A DNA stretch of 52,130 nucleotides from Catajapyx aquilonaris (taxonomy: Eukaryota), in contig JYFJ02002708.1 in NCBI GenBank assembly GCA_000934665.2, positions 1 through 52,130 of the forward strand. Direction: 5' to 3'. Below, piece after piece: positions 38,182-49,164 of this stretch (within the stretch, counting starts at the first letter, position 1; each line of letters starts with the position of its first letter). The position numbers were made by a program, and so were the translations under genes. The notes beneath the pieces are model-generated. The model saw nothing but the letters and a program-made list of their open reading frames with translations. It was not told the origin of the DNA and made no database searches.

Positions 38182-39688
38182 CCTCCTGGATGTCGAACCA
38201 AGCGTGAAATAAACTGATCTATTCGTGCAAAGTGTTTCACAATGATTTAGCCAAACTTATTTGGTGAACTCGTAGGGCCTTATTAGGGCATCAAAGGACC
38301 ACGTATGGCTGTGCAAAATATATTCCTCGAAGCATCCGTACGGAAGAATAATATAGGCTTCAGAAACCGTATGGTACTGCTCTCACCAAAACCTCCAAAA
38401 TTGACTCCAAACATTACTGTAAACACAACAAATACTTAATAATTAGTGCAGTAATGGCCTATAGTTTATTCAGTTGTAAAATGTTGCATATGATAACACT
38501 ATGAAAGACGATATTTTTCCCATGGAAATTCATCGCTATTTCCATGTTCCTTAGGTAACTCGTAGGCCTAATGACCATTCATTTTGTCTTAACTTTAGTT
38601 TTTGACCTTGGGGCAGTCAAAGAAAAACTTGGAAATGCCGGGGTCATTCCAAATGTCACACTAAAGGCGTCGCAATATTACATCCTGGAAAAGGAAGTGC
38701 GGGAAAGAGGTGACATCATTTACGTCTCTTGACATTCAGTGGTTCAAATCATGACAAGCATCCAGGGTCCATATTTTAGTTTTATTTCCAGGATAAGAAA
38801 AGAATACAAATTTTGCGCTAGTACATGCTCATGCAGGTTTTTCTAACGCAACAATAATCATTGCCTCATTGTAACCCTTTTACAACACAACATGTCATTT
38901 CAATGTCTTTTTAAAATGTAGGACAATGTGTCGAAAAGACTAATACAATTCAAACCTAGGCAATATTAAAGGAAGACAGTTGGCCATTATGATAATAATT
39001 AAAAGCAACATTCCCAATCCGGAAAACGAAATGGAAACGTTAAAAATATTCAATGTGCATGTCATGCTGAACATTTTAAAAGGCTACGCCACGATCAAGT
39101 GTGATAAGCACATGATCATTTTTTAAATAATATATGACTATGGCAGTGTTAAAGTGTTGTGAATGAGGTGCAATTTCTTCATTTCAAAAACTATACAAGA
39201 TTACATATTTTGTTGTAAATTTCGCAAGGCACAAAATACACTCGAAAATATTAATGATCTTAAACTGTGAACTGTGCCGTGCTGCTGTTCACCTCCTTAT
39301 TGATATCCAAACTCGAATGATAATGCTTCGAGTTACGGTAGTCTACACAACCATCGTGAGCTGAGACACCTTGTGGCAAGTCCCTGCTGGTAATAATCAA
39401 TAGCCGACATCTTCTAGGTTCAACTATCTAAAACTACACCATAACTTTCTGTTAATTTGCAATACACATTTATTTTCCATCGCATTCAGCAGTATTTTAA
39501 TTACGGTAGTTTGATTTTTGAGATTCTTGCCTTGCACGTTTCCTTCTAGAACTTGTCACTCACACAAACCTATACAGAGCATTTTTATCTTTTACTTTTC
39601 CAAGCCGATTGGGCGATACTGGCGCTAAATTAGCTTCCTTCAGTGTGTTTTCATGTGAGATTTCAAACTCCCAGAAGTCTTAAACTTC

Positions 39689-42600
39689 TTATGGCAGTCC
39701 TGGCAATGCAAGATGTATAAACAGGGTACCCTGTTTATCCATCTTGTGGCAATGAAATGGCTTTTCTCCTGTATGCACCAGCATATGTATTTTCAAATTC
39801 CCTGCCTGCGTGAATTTCTTTTGGCACACCTGGCAACAATATGGCCTTTCTCCTGTGTGCACCAGCATGTGTCTTTTCAACTTCCATGACTCACGGAACT
39901 TCTTCTGGCACACCTGACAATGACATGGTCTTTCCCCTGTGTGCACCCGCATGTGTCTTTTCAAACTCCCTGACGTCTGGAACTTCTTCTGGCAGACCAG
40001 GCAATGAAATGGCCTTTCTCCTGTATGCACCAGCATGTGTGTTTTCAAATTCCCTGCCCGCGTGATTTTCTTTTGGCACACCTGGCAACAATATGGCCTT
40101 TCTCCTGTGTGTATTCGCAAATGTCTCTTCATGTTTTGTAGCCGGCTGAACTGTCTGTGGCACACTTGGCAGCTGAATGGCTTCTCCCCAGTGTGTGTTC
40201 TCATATGAGCTTCCAAATCACGTCCAAGACAAAACTTTTTGGGGCAAATTTTGCAGTGGTACGGCCTATCCCCAGTGTGTGTTGTTATGTGCATTTTCAA
40301 CGTATCACCTCTCCCAAACCTCTTCAGGCATGTTGAACAACTGAATGGCTTCAACCCAGTGTGCGTTCTCATGTGAATATTCAAAATACTTGGTTTTCCA
40401 AATTTCTTTTTGCACACATTGCAACCAAATGGCTTATTATCACCTGAGTGGATTTTCATGTGTACTTCTAAATTATCTGCTGTACCGAACTTCCTCCGGC
40501 ACATTTGGCAGGAAAATGCCTTCCTTTCTGCTCCTGTCTTCCGTTTACCTTGCACGTGGACTTCATTCTTCTCAACTCCAGCAGGTGAGTTCCTTTGCCT
40601 TTTCTGAAAGGGTAAGACCAACATCATATGAATAACATTTCATTATGCAGAGTGGATGATGGCAAAATAATCACTTTATTTTAGAGGGCCAGATCTTGAA
40701 AAATGTCTATAACTGTGAGTAATTCTGTGGCAGTTTGAGGCATAAAGTTTAATTATTCAAGTAATTTATTTACTGTTGGAAAGTTTCAAAAGTATATTAA
40801 TTGCTAATATTAGACTAAATGTAATTATTATCTGGGTCATTCCATGTCAATTCAGGAAATCGCTGTGGCTCGACCCCTTTCGATTTAAAAAAAAAAAACA
40901 TTACGTGTGTAGCCATGCAGAACTTCATTCCAAATCCAAAATTGTACACTCCTGGAGTTATATTTCACCGAGATATAAGCATGACAATCTCAACATTGTA
41001 CACACACCGGCGTATATTCCATTGTTAAACCATTACATTGTATACCTACATTATATTATATCAAATGAAAGGCAATGAACAGGAGAATTTCATGGTGAAA
41101 TAAAATTTCATCGAATGTTTGATTTTAAATTATAAAAAAAATAAAACGCACAACCTCAATTTACTCCATATTTCGGATGGCCGTAAATCCCCCAATATTT
41201 GTGCTATCTTCTTTACCTTTGGGCAGTAGCACTTATGGTAGTATATACATCTGTCTGTAAATATGTTCGTTCTAGGTGAAGTAGTCTTGGAAACAAAACA
41301 AAAAATCTTAATATTAGACAATTCACACAAATTCGACAATTTCATCAATTTCTTTCTCTATGTGGGGCTGGACTGATTTCGGCGTTTTATACTTCAATCG
41401 ATGCGCAAGACCAAGAGCATTCTAGCGATATAAACATTATCGTTCGCCGACAAATGATAAGGTCGTGGTGAATTTTCACTTGCCATGCATATTCATGCAT
41501 ACTGCATAAGCAAAAATCAGTAAAAATTCAGATGTTCTCTCTGATGTTTTTTAAGAAATGAAATATACAAATTGAAAAGACAATCGCTTCTCCCTGGTGA
41601 TGTAATTTTTAGATTCCATTTTGTGCAGTCTTGTGCAGTACATACACAACGAAGGACTTTACTCTTGCGGGTAACATAAATCCATACAGATAACACCGAC
41701 ACAAAAAAGTGGGACATGCTGGAAAAGCAGTTCCAAACAGTGCAGATCTTGCAAAACATTTGCCATCACTTGTTTCTCCATCTCAGTAGAAATAGGGAGT
41801 GCCAATAAGAGACATACAGGAATGGGCTTAGTCCTAGCAAGAAAACTGGTACAAAATTTGTACCAAGTAATGCTTAGAACAACTTTCTGTTTGTGTGCAG
41901 TAGCAGCCAAAAGATCTGTGCAAATTATGCTTACATTTGAGATGATATGAGATTACCCCATAAAATGAACCACATATACTTACTACATGAAGTAGTGCAC
42001 AATCATTGCTTTCATTAAATGCAGGTTCAAAACAACATGCACCTTAAAATTTCGGATTCACCAGTAATATATTTCCACAAAATTATTATTAAAAGTATTC
42101 CTAAACTCTCGTTTTCACTTTTTAAACGCACACAATAAACATAAACTTAGTTCAAATTAGTGTACAATAGATCTCCCATACATTCCACGCTTTATTTGCT
42201 GTCATTCTTGGAATCGCTGCACTAAACTTGGGTGTTCCAAGTATCCAGTCGTTTTTAATTATTGCAAATATTGCCCAAAGCATTTCTGTGTAGATTTTTG
42301 CACATCGATCCAGCTGTCCATTTATTCCCAGGTGCGGTTGAATATAGCAGCTCTCGTACAGTATAATATGGCACCTCGATCAGAGCAGGGTATGACAAAA
42401 TACACCATAACAGATTTGTGCAAAATTTTCCATAACTAATCAAATGACCCAAAAACTTGAAACACCGTGTATAGAGTATAGAGTTTGTCGAGGCACACTA
42501 ACAATCCAAATTGTAGTGTTAACACTTTCAAACTTCCCAACCATACCCACTGAGATCTTAATAAACCTTAAATGATAAATAAGGACTGCAAGGTATCACC

Positions 42601-43584
42601 AACCTTTGCTTTTCCTGGAGTGCCATCCGCTGCCTCTGCTGTAGTCTTCCTGTTACTCCTGAGGAATCTCTTCACCCTGGTCTGCTCCTCTAAGCCAACC
42701 TCTTGTTTGACATCTGCTGGCAAGGACTGATGACCTCCATTCCTCGTCCTGATTTCTTCTTTTTGATGTTCTCTTGCCAACTCCAAGGGTATTGGTAACT
42801 AAATAATTCAAAGCAGGGATAAGAAGTTGCTTTCTGTGGTCGTTTCAAACACATTTTATGCAGCATTCCAAAGAAAAATATTGTGTCGCTTGTCACATGA
42901 CATCACTATTAATGAAGGTATTGAATGCAAATAATCTCAGTGCTCTCCAGTCAAGTCAAGAGGAGTTAGCAGGACAAAATATGTGTACCAGTGCTTGTTC
43001 TTGGTCAACTGTTGACAATGATGCTACTGTTATCTCCATATGTTGAGAATAAAAATCATTTCAGCTTTCCATAATAATAAAAACTATGCAGGTCATCAAG
43101 TAATAAAGAATTACAAGAAATCCTGCTTGTACATCAATCTAGATATGAGTTTGTTTAATTGCCATGATGCCAATTTTCCACATGATTTTTTTACAAAAGT
43201 GGCCCCCAAATATTGCAAAGCACTTTGTGTTGCAGCAGAAATTGCAAATATTGGTATGTCCAGGCCATTTCCCTGGCATGTGACGGTCTCCCTCACCTGT
43301 CCTCCCCTCCTTCCCGCCTCCTCTTCCTTCTCCTGAGGCTCCTCCTTGATTCGGACTGCGGCCTTCACCTGTCCTCCACTCCCTCCTGCCTCCCCCCCTT
43401 CCTGGGATCGAATAGTCGTGACCTTCACCTGACCCCCACCACCACTGATGAGTCCTTCCTCCCCCTCCTGAAGCTCCCTCTTGACCACATCCCACTTGGG
43501 ATGGGTGAAGCTGTGCCCCAGGAGTGTCACCCTCCTGTCAAAGACCTGGTCGCAGTACAGGCAGGGGAACTTCCCAGTGGCCAT
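39689..43584 (-). CDS. C2H2 zinc-finger protein. Exons 43584-43297 (or alternative 43906-43682), 42798-42604, 40603-39689; nine intact tandem fingers and a disrupted tenth
   Basis: Regular HTGE(K/R)P-linked fingers, phase-0 GT-AG junctions, and an N-terminal single finger CLYCDQVF..LLGHSFTH. Confidence 0.82.
39709..39746. mobile_element. 38-bp TIR-only palindromic insert with an 8-bp TSD (probable DNA-transposon excision footprint)
   Basis: CAAGATGTATAAACAGGG-TA-CCCTGTTTATCCATCTTG (one mismatch) flanked by TGGCAATG at 39701-39708 and 39747-39754. Confidence 0.88.
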
Positions 43585-43681
43585 CCAGCCCGTGTTGGAC
43601 TGTCCTACTTGCTGCTGTGGAGTACATCCTGAGTTAGACTAACGAGAGTTATTTTCCCCTTACACAAGATTGTTTCCTCAC

Positions 43682-43906
43682 CTGCCCTCCTCTCTCTCTG
43701 GCATCCTCCTCCTCCTCAGGCTTTCCCTTGATTCGAACTGTGACCTTGACCTGGCCCCTGACCAGTCCTTCCTCCCCCTCCTGCAGCTCCCTCTTGACCC
43801 TGTCCCACTTGGAGTGGGTGAAGCTGTGTCCCAGGAGTCTGCATCTCATGTCAAACACCTGGTCGCAGTACAGGCAGGGGAACCTCCCCACTGCCAGCAT
43901 GTCCAT
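43682..43906 (-). CDS. Duplicated, ATG-containing alternative first coding exon of the zinc-finger gene
   Basis: Paralogous to 43297-43584 (FPCLYCDQVFD.R..LLGHSFTH.KWD.VKRELQEGEEG), with its own acceptor and a phase-0 CAG|gtgagg donor. Confidence 0.6.
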
Positions 43907-46349
43907 CTTGATCCCAACCAATCAGTAACTGTAGCCTAAAAAGAGGAGAGCAAACGCCTTATCGACAATATTTACAAAGGTGGTCGCACTGCTAGGGTTG
44001 ACGCGCTTCTTGTTGTTCACCCCAGCAACTAATCTAACCCATGCTCACCCTCCTCCTGCCCAACCCCACCCCCTCCGAAAACAAGGTTGGAAAATTTTGC
44101 GGTTTGAAGAAAGAGAAGGGTCGACTGATAAGACAGGATGAGTAATCCTGCCCCGAAATATGCGCAGGTCAAAGGGGCTACACATGCAGGAAGAATCCGG
44201 TTCAAACCGATATGATGCGTGTACGTAGGTAAAGGGCTCAAATGAATGCGGCCACTGGCTGAGAAGTTCGGTTTGCTCCGAATTTTCACAAGTTATAATA
44301 ATAATTATGGCGGAAATGCGTATCCGTAACCTGCGCACTTTTCTGAACAGCCTCTAACGGGCTGTCATGTAATGCAGATCATGGGCCCAAAATAATGAAA
44401 AGCCGAAATAAAAATAGTCTAACTTTGCTTGCTCCTCATCCTATCGCGATTTTTGCAAGTCAAACACATGGCAAAATTATTATTGGGAATTTGCAATGCG
44501 ATCTTAGCAAAATCCCGAATCGATGTAATGATGATTGTGTACCATGAAGGCAGTCCCTGTAGCGATGCAAATGTTGCAGAGACTAGACCCCCGCTATCAC
44601 CGCGACATGTAATGGCTTGTAAATTGCACCAGGTGACAATAATATTGCACATGCTCTTGTCAGAAGTATTGGCCAGACGTATCACCTGCAGTTACACAGC
44701 CCTCAACCACCGTTTTTTCGTCCCTAATTTCACTTTGTTTGGTTGCACAATGGCAGGATACGAAAGTCGAACTTGTTTTTTTTTGACAGAGACTGACTTA
44801 GCAGAACCATCACTGAAAACACGAGTTATCTACTGTATAGGCCTACCAATTATTTAGGTGGATCACACCAGGTGAGATCCAACTCCATGAAGACAGCTCC
44901 ACACTGTTATCGGTTACTCACCTTTTTCACTATTGAAGCCACCAGCTTGTTGCAGCAGAGAATAACCCCCCAGTGATGGTCACTTGGCTGGACTGGACTG
45001 GACTGAGTGACTCACTCGTCATTCTTCAAGACCCCTCGTGGCGACATCGGGGCGCCTTTCATTGGGCCACTCGGGGAAAGAAAGTGAATGACTGGTTGGT
45101 GTCGGGTACGGAGTGTACTTGCCGTGCCTTGACGATTGAAAATATACTGTAGTTTCCATCATATTCATTAATTTGCACAATTCAGGGAATCATTATGCAC
45201 ATATTTGGGCCATATTTTATACACCCATGCTTCCCAGAAAGTTGCTTTTCTTTTTGCAGGGTCATAACTTGCAAGTTTTTGGTTGTATACCTGATACAAA
45301 TTACGTGGTCAGTTCCGCATTCACCTAATAACATATTTGAGGCAGGGATATGAAAACCTATCATTAGTGACTGCAATATTTCACTACAACAACATTTTAA
45401 GACGTAATTTTAAAATATTGCTAAAGTTCAGGTTTTAATAGGGCGTCTGCGCATGTGAAGGTTCTGAAGCGAGCCCACCACATCGATACAGAAAAATCAA
45501 CAACTATTGCAACAGCTATTGCAAAGAAGCACAATGAAAATCCTGTTGTGCCCGAACTCTAAGTCGGAAATATCTCCCTGTTTATACATAATATGATCCT
45601 ATGTGCAACGTGACCTTGTCGACAGGCATGTGTCCCTTGAGGGATTATAAGATAGTGACCCTTCCCCTTCTTCCACTCTGCCCCCCAGTGAAAAGGGTCT
45701 CTTGGAGAGTGGGAGGACGGGAGGGTTGTAAAAGAAAGGTTGAATCACTCATCACTGTCGGCCCTGTCTGGGAAATTGACCTACGATTCTAAGAGTATTT
45801 ATCATGCATGTTGCCTTCTTTCATGTCCCACCTATAATACAGTGAAAACATTGTGTCGGTGAACGAAAAGAAAGTTACCAGTAAAAAAAGGACAGCGTAA
45901 TTGTTCAATTTTCCGGCAGTCTTCAATTCATAAAACCGGCCGTAAGTTTCGAACTACTACCCCCAGGATATTATGATTGGTACTAAAATGTTTGCCATAT
46001 TATCCTAGGTAACTGTGATAGAGGATAATATATGGCTCTCAAATGCACTATAGCTAAGCGAAAATGTGAGAGGAGGCCTAGGAACAAGACAGCGAAGCGA
46101 GGGTTTTTCTACTTTTTTAAACCACAACGTTTGGCTGTGCATCTGATTCAAATTACATAACACAACATATCGTTACAGAATTCTTGAATATAATGATTGC
46201 TCCAAGACTCGTTAGATGAAGATTGATGCAGTGGAACGAAGCGGAAATCTTGATAATTCATCGTTTTTTTTTCTTCAAAAGTCCAGCGATGCACACTCGA
46301 GATAAGCTTCATGCACTATTGTTTAGTCTTGTTGTAGCTGCAATTAGCC

Positions 46350-47964
46350 ATGGACGTCTTGAAGTCGATCCTAATTGCTGCGACGCTCATACTTGGGACG
46401 GACGCCTTCAGATTGTTTAATTTTCCAGTCTATGAAGGCAATGACATTGTGAGTACTGCATGTTTGGTAACATACTTTGGCCGTTGCCACTTTTGTATGT
46501 GAATTCTTGCTGTTTCCTTCTTCAACAAGTGCGGGTATGTACGACGAAAAGGATACCCATGTGAAGACCACAAAGTGACAACACCCGATGGGTACATCCT
46601 GTCACTCCATCGCATACCACACGGCGCATCACCCGCCAACAACACCAGGAGACCACCAGTCATCTTAACACACGGATTCGGAATTTCAATCATGATTTAT
46701 CTGATTGGCCCACCTTCAAGAGGCTTAGGTAATTAGTAATAAAAAGGTAAATGTTTCAATTTTTCTTCTTCGGTCATTCTAAAGGCTACATCGTGCCGGA
46801 TGCTGGATTCGACCTCTGGCTGTTTAGCCAAAGAGGAACTCCCCACTCCAGAAGACATGTGAAGATGACTGCACAGCAACCCGGATTTTGGGATTTTGGC
46901 CATGACGAGATGTCCAGTGTTGACCTTCCAGCGGTTATAGACTATGTGCTGGAAAAGACTGGTCAGCATCAAGTCGGTTACATTGGATACTCCTTGGGAG
47001 GTCACCTACTGTTTGAGGCATTGGCTGGAAGACCCGAGTACAACTCGAAGGTCTTCCTGGGCATCACGATGGGAACGCCCACATCTTTGGTACATGCCAA
47101 TTCGATTCTGGACCAAATTATGCCGCCTTTTTCGGTTATGAATGATCTGGCTGTGAGTATGAAATGAAAGTAGTTGTTCCTAATATCATCTTCAAATGCT
47201 CATCTAGGTGTCTTTCGCAGCATCACTTTAATAATATAATTGAACGTGTACTTTCATATGATTTTTAAGGATCTGATGATGAGCTTGGGAATCACGAGCA
47301 TAGGATACCCGTTTCCTGCCATGTATGATGTGGTTCAGTCATTTTGCCAATTCAACCGCTACACCACCGTCATCTGCATAACCCTGGCTGGTGTTGTCCT
47401 CGGTTTCGACATGGATGAAGTCGACATGGCAAGTAACGTCTATAATTGGTGACAACCATCATAACATGATTCTCTCTCACTCCTTCACCAGAAAAAATTC
47501 GAAGAAAATCTGTTGTACTCTCCATCTGCTGCTTCATTTCGCACTGGGCTGCATTACATACAGTGGAAGGAGAGCGGCTTGTTTCGACGGTACGACTTCG
47601 GACCTGAGGAGAACCTCCGCCGGTACAACTCGGCATCACCGCCTCTTTACAACCTGGGGAACGTCACAGCTCCTGTGGCCATGTTTTGGGGGCTCAACGA
47701 TTGGTTGGCACATCCAAAGGTCAGTTGTCTCTTCTTGTGTTTGGATGACAAGCATATCATTTCATTAACTAAATATTTATTGTTGCTTAGGACATGAAGA
47801 CTACGCCGGATCAGTTGCCCAACCTTGTTGGGTCATTCCAGGTCAAGTGGCCTCTTTTCACCCACTTTGACTTCGTCATGGCCAGAAACGCCGCTCCCTT
47901 GCTGTACGACGATGTCACCAAACTTTTACGTCAGTACAGCGGAATAAATTCCATCATGAATTAG
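46350..47964 (+). CDS. Acid lipase copy 3 (6 exons, one GC-AG intron)
   Basis: Same structure as copies 1 and 2; motifs THGF, GYSLG, NDWL, FTHFDF; GC donor at 47429. Confidence 0.9.
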
Positions 47965-48955
47965 TTTCATGCAATTTGTATACCAAATTAACTGATGTAA
48001 GATTTTGATGTCATATTTGTCATATTTTATCTTTGTACGCTGACATTCAGAGACAAGTTCTGAATTAATACACATACATGTCCCTATACTACTTACACAT
48101 TTGACGACTCCCAAGATGAATCGATGTGCATCTTATTGACATTAATGAGTAAGTTACCGGTACTGATCATTGCATAATCTAACCTTGAATTGTACTGAAC
48201 AAGACTCATGAGAATAAAATTCATGTAGGGGAACGAAACGGACATATCTGATTAAAGTATTTTCTTCATAGTCACTCGATTCACACATGAGCAAAGCTGC
48301 CTACAGCATTGTGCATTATCAGTCCAGTTTTCGCTGCGATTTGCAATGGTCGTCGTCTCTTCAAAACGCCGCAAAAAATTAAAACCCACTTAAAAATACG
48401 TTTCTATTTTTTTTGCTCAATAACTATTCGGCATATGGTTTCTTCATGGAAAGGCCGAGTACGCAGTGGTGCGTATCACGCGTCATACAAACATATGTCA
48501 TACCCTCAGTAAATTTATTTTATTAATTGTCACCCTGCTGTTGGACTTGTTTTGTGGGGAGAATCTTTAAATATATATGCAAAATTGGACCAACCTTTTT
48601 CAAGTAGGCATGGGCTCGTATCCGGTCTAATAATTGTTCTATTTCCAGCATGTGCTAACATTGTTAAATATTTCCAGCACATGCAAACGGGTGTCGTCAT
48701 TGGAAGGGTACGATTTCGCAGTGTTTTGGAGCGCACTGGCCAACACTTTTGCGGGTATGGTGCAAGTACTTGGATATACGGATAGGATAGGGTATTGCGA
48801 GAGGATATGGCGAACGGAGGATGGGACACTGTCGAAATGTCGTAAAAAAATCATGTAAAATTTTTTCTGTCATTAGTTAGAAAACATAAATGTTCCAAAG
48901 TGTGACGCTACAGGACTTTTAAAAATACACCAGTGCCCATTACGGGTCAGAGTAA

Positions 48956-49138
48956 AGGTGCGTTTACACGTGAGCGATTTGACGAGCGAAGTAACCAAGG
49001 TCACTCGCAATCGACAAAGTCGATTGCGAGTGACCTTGATGAGTATACGGCTCCTGTTTGAGGTGAAAGTAACAACTGATTTTCGCCTCAGTTACTTGGG
49101 TTACTCAGCGTTGTTATCGCTCACATGTAAACGCAGCC
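48956..49138. mobile_element. PIF/Harbinger (Tourist-like) MITE
   Basis: TIRs aggtgcgtttacacgtgagcgat / atcgctcacatgtaaacgcagcc with TAA on both sides, and an internal perfect 20-bp hairpin at 48996-49038. Confidence 0.8.
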
Positions 49139-49164
49139 TAATGCTTCCAATGCTTCGATTGTTA

